From Ignavibacteria bacterium (GTDB lineage Bacteria; Bacteroidota; Ignavibacteria; Tepidaquicellales; OLB5), in contig JAUQWQ010000041.1 in NCBI GenBank assembly GCA_030835085.1, forward strand, positions 1,685 to 65,684: DNA of 64,000 bases, in the 5' to 3' direction. This document shows positions 10,510 to 19,374 of this stretch, piece after piece (the stretch's first letter is position 1; every line of letters starts with the position of its first letter). Both the position numbers and the translations under genes were made by a program. The notes under the pieces are model-generated. The model made no database searches and was not told where the DNA came from. It saw only the letters and a list, made by a program, of their open reading frames with translations.

Positions 10510-11061
10510 ATGAAAAAATCACTCATTTATATTTTTTTATTTTTCTTTTCGGTTGGCTTTATCGGATGTCTTACAGTTGAAACTAAAGAATATTCATTCA
10601 GGCTGAAGGATGGAAAATCAGGAACAGGTAAAATAAAGTATATAAATATTATGCATACTATGGATTCAGCTTCCACGGTTGAGGCTGAATACGAGGACCT
10701 GATGACCAATTACCTTAATGGTAAGAAACCAGAAGATGAAATGCTTGGGGTAAAGAATGTTAAAAAACGATTGTTTGAAGAAGATAATCATTTGTGCGGC
10801 GAAATAACCTTTGAATTTGACGATATTACTTCCTTAAAGTTTTTCAGTTTTAAAGATAAAGTGTGGGCTTATTCTCTTGGCGGAGGAAGTTTTTTTGGCG
10901 GTAGTGAAACGTATTTTTCATCTAACGGAACATTTGGCGGCGAAAATATGCCTGTAATATTCTGGGATGGCAGTGAAGACGAATTTAATTTTAAAACAAC
11001 CGTTTCTCAGAATGATAAAAAGAATGAGAGCCTGCTGGATATCTGGAAAAAAAATAAATAA
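10510..11061 (+). CDS. Hypothetical lipoprotein
   Basis: Signal peptide with lipobox-like FIGC. No recognisable domain. Confidence 0.55.
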   Translation: MKKSLIYIFLFFFSVGFIGCLTVETKEYSFRLKDGKSGTGKIKYINIMHTMDSASTVEAEYEDLMTNYLNGKKPEDEMLGVKNVKKRLFEEDNHLCGEITFEFDDITSLKFFSFKDKVWAYSLGGGSFFGGSETYFSSNGTFGGENMPVIFWDGSEDEFNFKTTVSQNDKKNESLLDIWKKNK

Positions 11062-11112
11062 TAAATATCAAATACTAAATATCAAATAACATTTTGTATA
11101 TTTTGTTTTAAC

Positions 11113-11140
11113 GGACGTCTCATTGGGACGTCTTTTTTTT
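11113..11140 (+). terminator. Intrinsic terminator
   Basis: ggacgtc-tcattg-ggacgtc hairpin (GACGTC self-complementary) followed by T8. Confidence 0.7.
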
Positions 11141-11167
11141 GTGAATGAAAGAGTGTAATAATATTAG

Positions 11168-11623
11168 TTATTTTGCGGCAATAGCTGTTTCAAGTCTTTC
11201 AACACGACTGCGCAGATCTTTGCTCCTGTAAATCAACTGGGAAATTACCCCTGCTAGAAGGAAAATTATGCTTATAAAGAAGAACCCAATTCGGTAAAAA
11301 ACAATGATTAGTTCATTCAGCGGATTATAGATGTTTTTCACAAAAACTTCATTTTTTGTACGCTGATACTTTGTTTCATCAATCTGATCGCTGGAGAAAA
11401 TATTTTTTATCTTCTCGATTTGCAGCTGCACCTTTTTTACATTATATAACATATCGTCTATTCGACTATCAATGGAGTCTATTGATACCTTTTTTACTCC
11501 GGCTGTTTCCATGGTTCTAACTGAATAATTATTGAAAACAGGCTTGGTTAATGAACCGCCCAGAATTACCAAAAGAAACAATAAGCCGGCGACTCCATAT
11601 AAAATCTGATAAAAATTCTTCAT
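11168..11623 (-). CDS. Hypothetical membrane protein (2 TM flanking a coiled-coil-like segment)
   Basis: N-terminal TM GVAGLLFLLVILGG and C-proximal TM FFFISIIFLLAGVI. No recognisable domain. Confidence 0.5.
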   Translation of the reverse strand: MKNFYQILYGVAGLLFLLVILGGSLTKPVFNNYSVRTMETAGVKKVSIDSIDSRIDDMLYNVKKVQLQIEKIKNIFSSDQIDETKYQRTKNEVFVKNIYNPLNELIIVFYRIGFFFISIIFLLAGVISQLIYRSKDLRSRVERLETAIAAK

Positions 11624-11697
11624 TTTACACTATTAGTTAAATTATACAGCAAATTATATAACAATTAATTTGTCTGATTTTATCCAAATATATTGAA

Positions 11698-11728
11698 TTG
11701 AATAACTCATAAAATATTGGTAAATTTG
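11698..11728 (+). promoter_or_regulatory. Candidate Bacteroidota-type promoter for tRNA-Arg (TTG, N20, TAaaTTTG)
   Basis: TTG at 11698-11700 and TAAATTTG at 11721-11728, 39 nt upstream of the tRNA 5' end. Confidence 0.4.
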
Positions 11729-11766
11729 TAAAATAAGGATAAAATCAGTATTTTTTATCGGTTTTT

Positions 11767-11840
11767 GCACCCGTAGCTCAACTGGATAGAGCATCTGACT
11801 ACGGATCAGAAGGTTTGGGGTTCGACTCCCTACGGGTGTA
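11767..11840 (+). tRNA. tRNA-Arg (anticodon ACG)
   Basis: Hand-folded cloverleaf: acceptor gcacccg/cgggtgt (G1:U72 wobble), D arm gctc-aactggata-gagc, anticodon arm tctga-ctACGga-tcaga, variable aggtt, T arm tgggg-ttcgact-cccta, discriminator a. 74 nt, CCA not encoded. Close to E. coli tRNA-Arg(ACG) in the D and anticodon arms. Confidence 0.92.
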
Positions 11841-11841
11841 C

Positions 11842-11873
11842 AAAAAAAGCAGACATATAATGCCTGCTTTTTT
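11842..11873 (+). terminator. Intrinsic terminator after tRNA-Arg
   Basis: aaaaaaagcagacat-ata-atgcctgctttttt. The stem has one A:C mismatch. Confidence 0.7.
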
Positions 11874-11914
11874 AATGAGAATCTGATGCAGTTTATCCCG
11901 CTGTCAAGCGGGCT

Positions 11915-12008
11915 ATCAGAAGGTTTGGGGTTCTTACGAAAGGACTCATTTGGAGGATTCTCTGCGGGTGTACAAAAAAAGCAGGCATATAATGCCTGCT
12001 TTTTTAAT
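11915..12008 (+). repeat. Degenerate duplicate of the tRNA-Arg 3' half plus its terminator (pseudo-tRNA fragment)
   Basis: 11915-11933 is identical to tRNA 11805-11823 (atcagaaggtttggggttc). 11965-12008 matches 11833-11876 (cgggtgtacaaaaaaagcag[a/g]catataatgcctgcttttttaat) with one change that makes the second hairpin perfect. The 9-nt T-loop segment is replaced by 31 unrelated nt. Confidence 0.85.
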
Positions 12009-12164
12009 TGTTGCTTTTGCATTAGTTCGTCTGCAGGACAAATAGTTTTTTTTCTGTTTGGTTTTCAGAAATTATGCATTTAATTTCACATGCACGCTTT
12101 CAGTTCGGCTATGATTGCATGCTAAACAATTGAGCCGTAAACCTAAATTATCAGGACATTAATT

Positions 12165-12521
12165 ATGGGTAAAAGAAATAGAATAACTTTATGTCGATAT
12201 ATAGCAATGAGCGCTATAATCATTGTTTTAAGTTTTGCCTTCTCAGCTTCAGAAGCTTCGGACATAAAGGCAGGGTCGTATGGCTGTTCTTATACAATAA
12301 TACTGACGGTAGGACCAAACAGCACAGGAAGCTGGTGTATGCAGGGAGGCTTAGGTTCTCAGCTTTATCAGGCTGATAGCAATGGTATCGCTGTATTCAG
12401 CAATGTATGTCCGGGTACATATTATTTTTGTGATGCCAGCGGGACTGTTTATATCGTAATAGTTGATGGCTCAGCTATCAACTACTACCCGGTTGCCGCC
12501 AGCGTAAGATGTCCATGTTAG
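12165..12521 (+). CDS. Small secreted cysteine-rich protein, unknown function
   Basis: 118 aa. Signal-anchor AMSAIIIVLSFAFSASEA, 7 Cys in the mature part, and a GIAVFSNVCPGTYYF segment reminiscent of carboxypeptidase-regulatory-like beta-sandwich domains. Confidence 0.5.
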   Translation: MGKRNRITLCRYIAMSAIIIVLSFAFSASEASDIKAGSYGCSYTIILTVGPNSTGSWCMQGGLGSQLYQADSNGIAVFSNVCPGTYYFCDASGTVYIVIVDGSAINYYPVAASVRCPC

Positions 12522-12616
12522 TTACAGAACAATTTGATAAAGGTTTGTTCCAGCCTATTAACATTTTGTTCTATACATTTTATTATGAACTCCAAAATGG
12601 AATTTGAGAATAAAAA

Positions 12617-12645
12617 CATAGGGTTTGATATTATCAAACCCTATG
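12617..12645. terminator. Bidirectional terminator between convergent genes
   Basis: Perfect 14-bp inverted repeat catagggtttgata-t-tatcaaaccctatg, flanked by A5 and by gtt+A5+T4. Confidence 0.65.
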
Positions 12646-12686
12646 TTAAAAATTTTCAAAAAGATTCTCTAACCTGAGTTTGTGAA

Positions 12687-13451
12687 TCAGGATACGATCC
12701 AAATCATCTCACCATTTACAGGTTTTATATAATTCGCAGGGTATTTATTAGCTTCTTCGTTTCCATCAAGAATATTTTTAACAACATTTTCCTTATTCTT
12801 GCCTCTAACCAGAAAATAAATGTACTTTGCATTATTAATTAAGGAACCCGTCATAGTAATTCTCTTTTGGCCGGTATCCGGATGTAATGCAACTGCATAT
12901 ATCTTATCAACGGTTATCAGCTCCATTTGGTTCGGAAAAATTGATGCGGTGTGTCCATCATCGCCTATTCCAAGAAGAATGATATCAAAGGAGGGAAGGC
13001 TGTTGATTGCGGGGATGTTATGACTAACTAATTCAGAATATCTTTCTGCTTCTTTTTCAGGATCATATTCACCTTTTATTCTGTGCAGTCTGGCGGGAGA
13101 AACGTTAATAAATTTGAAAAGGGTATTATATGCATTCCCGAAATTACTCTCGGGTGAATCCGCCGGAACGCATCTTTCATCAACCCAGTAAAAATTTATA
13201 TTATTCCATTCAATTTTGGCGTTGTAATCCGCAGCAAGTATATTAAATAATTCTAATGGAGTATTGCCTCCTGATAAGGCAATATTAATTTCTGTTTTTT
13301 CATTAAGCAATGAAATTACTTTATTTGAAAAAATCGATGCAAAACCTATTGCCAATTCAGCTGAATTACTGAATTTGATAATATTTTCTTTTTTGACCAG
13401 AGTCTCAAATCTCCTCAAATTCCACTTTATATGCTGGATTTTCAAAAACAA
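12687..13451 (-). CDS. pgl: 6-phosphogluconolactonase
   Basis: ALSGGNTP, WVDERCV and LGIGDDGHTASIFP motifs. The true start may be downstream of the first ATG. Confidence 0.9.
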   Translation of the reverse strand: MFLKIQHIKWNLRRFETLVKKENIIKFSNSAELAIGFASIFSNKVISLLNEKTEINIALSGGNTPLELFNILAADYNAKIEWNNINFYWVDERCVPADSPESNFGNAYNTLFKFINVSPARLHRIKGEYDPEKEAERYSELVSHNIPAINSLPSFDIILLGIGDDGHTASIFPNQMELITVDKIYAVALHPDTGQKRITMTGSLINNAKYIYFLVRGKNKENVVKNILDGNEEANKYPANYIKPVNGEMIWIVS

Positions 13452-13497
13452 TAATTGTTCTTATTTCGTAATTCCTGATTTTTAATTTAAAAATGAG

Positions 13498-15018
13498 TTA
13501 AAGTTCACAGTAAACACCATCATCGGCAAGATTTTTGCACGGATACCTCCATGTGATATGTTCACCACCGGAAATAAGGTCATCTGCAACATCAGGTCCC
13601 CATGTACCGGCAGGGTAGCCGTAAATCTTCACATTATGGTCATCGGTCCAGGCTTTCTGTATCGGTTCAACAAATTTCCATGCTTCCTCAACAGCGTCGG
13701 CTCTGAGAAAAAGAGTAGTATCACCTATCATACAATCATATATCAGTCTTTCATAAGCTTCTGGAATATATACATTGGAAATATCACTGTAATGAAAATC
13801 CATGTTTACATTATGTATTTTAAATCCTGCCCCAGGTTCTTTCATCCCGAATTTCAGTAATATGCCTTCATCAGGCTGAATTCTCAGAATAAGCTGGTTA
13901 TCGCTCATGTTCTGGCTTTCTTTAAAAAGGTAATGCGGTGTTTTTCTGAAATGGATTACAGCTTCAGTTACTCTTGTCGGGAGCTGCTTTCCGGTTCTTA
14001 TATAAAACGGAACGCCGCCCCACCGCCAGTTATCAATAAAAAATTTTATTGCCGTATAAGTTTCGGTCCTTGAATCCGCTGCAACTCCTTTTTCTTCTCG
14101 GTAACCTTTAATGTTTTTACCGCCGATCGTTGAGGCAATGTACTGTCCGCGTATAACATTGGTCCCAATTTCATCCGGATGAAGCCTCCGCAAAGACTGG
14201 AGTACTTTTTGCAGCTCATTTCTTATTGCATCAGGCTCAAAAGATGAGGGAGGCTCCATGGCGATCAGGGTAACAAGTCTAAGCAGGTGACTCTGTACCA
14301 TATCACGAAGAGCGCCTGAAGTTTCGTAGTAACCGCCCCGGTTTTCAATTCCAAAATTCTCCGCGGATGTCACTTCAACATGGTGAACATAATTCCTGTT
14401 CCATATTGGCTCAAATATTCCGTTTGCAAAACGTGTGGCAAGTATGTTCTGTACTGTTTCTTTTCCCAGGTAATGATCAATTCTATATATCTGGTTTTCT
14501 TCAAAAACATTATGCATTATATTATTCAGCTCAATCGCTGATTTAAGATCGTACCCGAAGGGTTTTTCAACAATAATTCTGCAATAACCATTTTTACTTT
14601 TATTTAATCCCGACTTGCCAAGGTTAACAGATATTTCTGCGAACAAAGAAGGAATTGTAGCCAGGTAGAAAATATAGTTACAGTTCTCGCCGCAGGTTCC
14701 GCTAAGACTTTTTATTTTAGAGCTCAGCAAACTGTACGCTTCAGGTTCTTTGAAATCCATAGGGAAATAATTCAGCTTTTCAGTAAATTCATTGATCTTA
14801 TTTATATCTGCAATTGAATCATTAATAAGAATTGCAGCCTTCATAGACTCCCTGAATTCCTGTTCTGAAAGAGCAGAACTTGCTGTTCCCAGTACCGCGA
14901 ATTTTTCGGGCAGATTATTCCTTTTAAAAAGCTCAAATATCGCGGGAATAAGTTTTCTTTTCGTAAGATCACCCGACGCCCCAAATATTATAATAACACA
15001 GTTATCCGGTTTTTTCAA
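13498..15018 (-). CDS. zwf: Glucose-6-phosphate 1-dehydrogenase
   Basis: IIFGASGDLTKRKLIPA (NADP site), EKPFG and RIDHYLGKE active-site motif. Confidence 0.95.
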   Translation of the reverse strand: MKKPDNCVIIIFGASGDLTKRKLIPAIFELFKRNNLPEKFAVLGTASSALSEQEFRESMKAAILINDSIADINKINEFTEKLNYFPMDFKEPEAYSLLSSKIKSLSGTCGENCNYIFYLATIPSLFAEISVNLGKSGLNKSKNGYCRIIVEKPFGYDLKSAIELNNIMHNVFEENQIYRIDHYLGKETVQNILATRFANGIFEPIWNRNYVHHVEVTSAENFGIENRGGYYETSGALRDMVQSHLLRLVTLIAMEPPSSFEPDAIRNELQKVLQSLRRLHPDEIGTNVIRGQYIASTIGGKNIKGYREEKGVAADSRTETYTAIKFFIDNWRWGGVPFYIRTGKQLPTRVTEAVIHFRKTPHYLFKESQNMSDNQLILRIQPDEGILLKFGMKEPGAGFKIHNVNMDFHYSDISNVYIPEAYERLIYDCMIGDTTLFLRADAVEEAWKFVEPIQKAWTDDHNVKIYGYPAGTWGPDVADDLISGGEHITWRYPCKNLADDGVYCEL

Positions 15019-15057
15019 TTTAAACTTTCTGTAATATTGTAGTATAATTTATATTTT

Positions 15058-15088
15058 ACCTGCAACCTGCAACCTGCAACCTGCAACC
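15058..15088. repeat. Heptanucleotide tandem repeat (ACCTGCA / TGCAACC) about 4.4 copies
   Basis: acc tgcaacc tgcaacc tgcaacc tgcaacc. It sits in the 69-bp gnd-zwf spacer and touches the gnd stop codon (cta at 15088-15090). Confidence 0.9.
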
Positions 15089-15987
15089 TATTTATCTTTA
15101 ACAACTTTATGACCGCCGAACTGGTTTCTAAGAGCCGCCAGTACCTTCATTGCAAATGAATCTTTTTGCCGGGATTCAAACCTTGTATAAAGAGAGGAAG
15201 TAATAACATGGGCTGGAACATTCTGTTCAATAGCCGCCTCAATGGTCCACCTGCCTTCACCGCTGTCTTCAACATATCCTTTTATTGATTCCAGGTTGGG
15301 GTCCTCGCGGAATGCCTTTACAGCTAGCTCAAGCAGCCAGGACTGTACCACACTGCCGTGCATCCACCCGCCGGCTACTTTTTCTACATCAATATCATAC
15401 GGAGAAGTTTTTAATATCTCAAAGCCTTCTGCATAAGCCTGCATCATACCGTATTCAATTCCGTTATGTATCATTTTTACATAGTGGCCTGCACCGCTTG
15501 TGCCACAATATGTATAGCCTCCTTCAGGGGCAAGTGATTTAAAGACGGGATATACATACTCAACTGCTTCTTTATTACCCCCTGTCATCAGGCTGTAGCC
15601 GTTTTTGAGTCCCCATACGCCTCCGCTTGTACCGCAATCAATATAATTTATTCCAAGCTCATTAAGTTTCCGTCCCCGTTCCCTGGTCTCTTTCCAGAAT
15701 GAATTACCACCATCAATTATGATATCATTTTCGCTCAATAGAGCAGAGAGTCCTGAAATATTTTCATCTACAGGTTTCCCTGAAGGTACCATTAGCCAGA
15801 CGACCTTCCTTCCTTGAAGCTTGTTCACTAAATCATCAAGAGATTCAGAGCCTTCGGCTCCTTTGCTCACTGCAAGCTCAATTTCAGGTCTGGTTAAATT
15901 ATAAACAACAACTTCATGTCCATCTTTCAGTAGGCGCTCAACCATATTGCCGCCCATTTTCCCGAGTCCAATAAATGCTATTTGCAT
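15088..15987 (-). CDS. gnd: 6-phosphogluconate dehydrogenase (decarboxylating), short about 300-aa form
   Basis: MQIAFIGLGKMGGNM Rossmann N-terminus and GAGHYVKMIHNGIEYGMMQAYAEG block. Confidence 0.9.
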   Translation of the reverse strand: MQIAFIGLGKMGGNMVERLLKDGHEVVVYNLTRPEIELAVSKGAEGSESLDDLVNKLQGRKVVWLMVPSGKPVDENISGLSALLSENDIIIDGGNSFWKETRERGRKLNELGINYIDCGTSGGVWGLKNGYSLMTGGNKEAVEYVYPVFKSLAPEGGYTYCGTSGAGHYVKMIHNGIEYGMMQAYAEGFEILKTSPYDIDVEKVAGGWMHGSVVQSWLLELAVKAFREDPNLESIKGYVEDSGEGRWTIEAAIEQNVPAHVITSSLYTRFESRQKDSFAMKVLAALRNQFGGHKVVKDK

Positions 15988-16253
15988 ACTAATGCTCCGC
16001 TTTCAGATAATGTTAAATTGATTTACTTAATATAAAATAACATTCTTAACCATAAAAGTCACAGAAGCATATTAATAATAGTTAGCTGAAACAGCTAAAA
16101 TAGGATTTACAGATATTTATCAATCAGGCAGTTGACAGCAGTCATTTTATTGCGGGGTGGCTTATTCTATATTTGGGTATTCTGAAAAGTACCGGCCAAA
16201 AAAGGAAAATATCAATTCCAATTTAATTTCGAAAGAGGAAGGAGGTTAAAAAA

Positions 16254-16592
16254 ATGCCGATGAAGATATCAAATAACTGCACGAATTGCGGAATTTGTGA
16301 GATCCTTTGTCCGTATAATGCTATTTATCCAGGCGGGGTGAACTGGAGAAAGATACATAACAGGTATTTTATATTTTGTGATGAAGAGCTTATTCACGAT
16401 GATTTCTGGTCACCAGACCATTATTATGTTGTTCCGGATAAATGTACTGAATGTGTGGGGAAGTACCCGGAGCCTATTTGTAAAACTGCCTGTACAAAAG
16501 ATGCCATGCTTGCCGATATGGAACATTGGGAAAGTGAAGAACATTTATTTGCAAAAAAAGAATACCTGGAAACTATGCCGGGTTTGATTTGA
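16254..16592 (+). CDS. 2x[4Fe-4S] ferredoxin-family protein
   Basis: CTNCGICEILCP (CxxCxxCxxxCP) and CTECVGKYPEPICKTAC (CxxCx8Cx3C). SD ggaaggagg upstream. Confidence 0.8.
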   Translation: MPMKISNNCTNCGICEILCPYNAIYPGGVNWRKIHNRYFIFCDEELIHDDFWSPDHYYVVPDKCTECVGKYPEPICKTACTKDAMLADMEHWESEEHLFAKKEYLETMPGLI

Positions 16593-16594
16593 CC

Positions 16595-16822
16595 ATGTAT
16601 CATTATTCAGGACATAATCATTATCACACTGAAAGCAGGAACTATATTGAAAGGGTCAAAATTCACAGGAATTCAAGAAATATTCTTTCAATATTGTTTG
16701 AAGAAATTAACTGCAGTGGTGAAAAATTTGATAAATTAAAAAAAGAACTTCATGGAAGTCACAGGTTTAAGAATAACTCTCACAATAATGCGGGTCACGA
16801 TGTTTTCAGCACTCACTCCTGA
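16595..16822 (+). CDS. Possible small His-rich protein (hypothetical)
   Basis: ATG lies 3 nt after the ferredoxin stop. 75 aa with about 10 His (MYHYSGHNHYHTES...HGSHRFKNNSHNNAGHD). No homology recognised, so it could be non-coding. Confidence 0.3.
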   Translation: MYHYSGHNHYHTESRNYIERVKIHRNSRNILSILFEEINCSGEKFDKLKKELHGSHRFKNNSHNNAGHDVFSTHS

Positions 16823-16834
16823 ATTTGTGCCGGA

Positions 16835-19312
16835 TTAAACAATTTTTAATTTACCGATATGCCAGATATCATCTGAATACTCTTTTATTGCCCTGTCGCT
16901 CGAAAATTTTTCCATTCTCGCAGAATTAATAATGGACATTTTAGTCCACATTTCAGTATTCATGAAAGCAAGTTCAGCTCGTTTCTGGGCTGTTGAATAT
17001 GCCTGAAAATCTTCCATTACAAAATAATAATCCCTGTACAGCAATTCGTTTACAATAGGGTCAAATATGCCATGTTCGTTCTTATTAAAATAATTGGTCT
17101 TAAGCATATCTATAATAAGTTTAAGCTCCTGATTAGTTTCATAGTATTTTATCGGAGTATACCCGTTCCTTCTGGCTGCCATTATCTCATCAGCGGTCAA
17201 ACCGAAGATAAATATATTATCGTCGCCAACTTCGTTCTTTATTTCTACATTAGCGCCGTCAAGTGTACCAATTGTAACTGCACCGTTTAAAGCAAATTTC
17301 ATATTACCTGTACCTGATGCTTCAAATCCTGCAGTTGATATCTGTTCGGAAAGGTCACTTGCAGGTATTATCCTCTCAGCAAGTGTAACACCGTAATTTT
17401 TAATAAAGAGAATTTTCAGCTTATCGCCAATAATTGGGTCATTATTTACGTGCTCTGCAACTGAATTTATCAGCTTAATGATCGTTTTAGCCATAAAATA
17501 ACTCGGCGCAGCCTTGCCGCCAAAAATTACCGTCCTGGGTACCAAAAAATCATTAGGTGAATTTTTTATTCTGTTATACATAGATATTACATGCAGTATA
17601 TTAAGCAGCTGTCTTTTATATTCATGAAAACGCTTTACCTGGGAATCAAATATTGAATCTGGGTTAACCTTTACATCGTGGTTTTTGCTTATAAAATCAA
17701 TGAGTCTTAACTTATTGTTATGTTTGATTGTCCGCCATTTATTAATAAATGAATCTTCTTCGGCAAATGCTTCTATTTTTCTTAGTTCAGCCAGATCAGT
17801 CACCCATTTATTTCCTATCCTCGATGTAATGAGTTCCGAAAGTTCCGGATTAGCCTGCAGCAAAAACCTGCGGATAGATATTCCGTTAGTTTTATTATTG
17901 AATTTGCCGGGCATGTATGCGTTCAGCTCAGGAAAAATATATTTTTTCAGAATGTCCGAATGCAGTTCCGCAACACCGTTCGTTGAGTGACTTCCTGCTA
18001 TTGCCAGGTTTGCCATTTTTATGCTGTTTCCATGAGTATCATCCCTGATAATAGCCATTTTTGCCTGTATCGAATTATCAGTAGAATACTTTTCCTTAAC
18101 ACCGGTCAAAAATCTCCGGTTAATTTCTGAAATTATCTGCATATGGCGGGGAAGCAGTGCCTGCAGGAGACTTTCTGTCCATTCTTCAAGCGCTTCGGGT
18201 ACAATTGTATGATTAGTATAAGCAAATACTTTTTGAGTAATATCCCAGGCTTCATCCCACTCAAGACCCTCATCATCCATCAGTATACGCATCAAATCAG
18301 GGATAGCAATTGCGGGATGAGTATCGTTAAGCTGAATAGCAGCTTTTTCAGGGAGAAGACTGAAATCTGTGTTATGAAGTTTGAAGTTATATATAATATC
18401 CTGAAGGGTTGCTGAAACAAAAAAATACTGCTGGCGCAGCCTTAATATTTTACCCTGAGGTATTGAATCATTGGGATAAAGTACTTTGGAGATTGTTTCG
18501 CTTAGATTTTTATTTTCAACCGCAGAAAGATAATTGCCCTGGTTAAAATTATTCAGGTTGAATTCATCGGTTGATTTTGCCTGCCATAATCTTAAAGTGT
18601 TAACGGTCCTGTTCTGGTAACCAGGAACAGGCACATCATTTGCTATGGCAAGTACATCATCTGTATTTATCCATGTATAACGGGTTCGGCCGGTTTCATC
18701 AAAATATGATGATACCTGTCCGTTGAATTTAACCGTATACGTAAATTCAGGCCTCATAACTTTCCAGGGATTTCCATACCGGAGCCAGTGGTCAGGCTTT
18801 TCTATCTGGTAACCGTTTTCAATATCCTGTTCAAAAATTCCGTACTCATACAGAATGCCGTAACCGTATGCGGGAAGCTCAAGAGTGGCAAGTGATTCCA
18901 TATAACATGCTGCAAGTCTGCCTAATCCGCCGTTACCCAGTCCCATATCAGGCTCTTCCCTCATGATACGGTCAATATTATAGCCAAAATTCTCAAGCAA
19001 TTTCCTGCACTCATCATATATGCCAAGATTTATAAGTGAATTCCCAAGAAGGCTTCCCATAAGGAACTCCAGTGATAAATAATGAACTTTCTTACCGTTG
19101 TTTACATTATATTCATTTTGAGTTTTAAGCCAGTTTCGTGTAAGCCTGTCCCGTACAGCAAGCGAAATTGCTTCGAGGATATCGTGGTCTGTTACGGTTG
19201 TTCTATCCTTGATCAGATCGAACTCAAGCCTTTCTGCAAACTGGGTAACAAAAGTACTTGGTTTTACTTTAGCTTCGTCGCAAAAAAATATTGATTTGTT
19301 ATTTTCCTTCAT
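16835..19312 (-). CDS. glgP: Glycogen/alpha-glucan phosphorylase
   Basis: 825 aa with the PLP-lysine motif EASGTGNMKFALNGA and GLGNGGLGRLAAC. Confidence 0.95.
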   Translation of the reverse strand: MKENNKSIFFCDEAKVKPSTFVTQFAERLEFDLIKDRTTVTDHDILEAISLAVRDRLTRNWLKTQNEYNVNNGKKVHYLSLEFLMGSLLGNSLINLGIYDECRKLLENFGYNIDRIMREEPDMGLGNGGLGRLAACYMESLATLELPAYGYGILYEYGIFEQDIENGYQIEKPDHWLRYGNPWKVMRPEFTYTVKFNGQVSSYFDETGRTRYTWINTDDVLAIANDVPVPGYQNRTVNTLRLWQAKSTDEFNLNNFNQGNYLSAVENKNLSETISKVLYPNDSIPQGKILRLRQQYFFVSATLQDIIYNFKLHNTDFSLLPEKAAIQLNDTHPAIAIPDLMRILMDDEGLEWDEAWDITQKVFAYTNHTIVPEALEEWTESLLQALLPRHMQIISEINRRFLTGVKEKYSTDNSIQAKMAIIRDDTHGNSIKMANLAIAGSHSTNGVAELHSDILKKYIFPELNAYMPGKFNNKTNGISIRRFLLQANPELSELITSRIGNKWVTDLAELRKIEAFAEEDSFINKWRTIKHNNKLRLIDFISKNHDVKVNPDSIFDSQVKRFHEYKRQLLNILHVISMYNRIKNSPNDFLVPRTVIFGGKAAPSYFMAKTIIKLINSVAEHVNNDPIIGDKLKILFIKNYGVTLAERIIPASDLSEQISTAGFEASGTGNMKFALNGAVTIGTLDGANVEIKNEVGDDNIFIFGLTADEIMAARRNGYTPIKYYETNQELKLIIDMLKTNYFNKNEHGIFDPIVNELLYRDYYFVMEDFQAYSTAQKRAELAFMNTEMWTKMSIINSARMEKFSSDRAIKEYSDDIWHIGKLKIV

Positions 19313-19374
19313 TTATGGAATTTAAATTAATTAGAATGTAAAGGCGGATACTTTCAGTAAGGCTGCAATAATGT

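Noticed and set aside
11654-12083. ORFs 11654-12022 (-) and 11886-12083 (+)
   Set aside because: They run across the tRNA-Arg gene and the duplicated terminators. The repeated peptide strings (KKQALYVCFFCTP) are just the translated DNA repeat.
11767-12521. Integrated mobile element at tRNA-Arg
   Set aside because: No integrase, excisionase or phage/ICE genes are present. The repeats are only about 110-130 bp apart, so at most this is a scar. It is reported as a finding, not as a mobile element.
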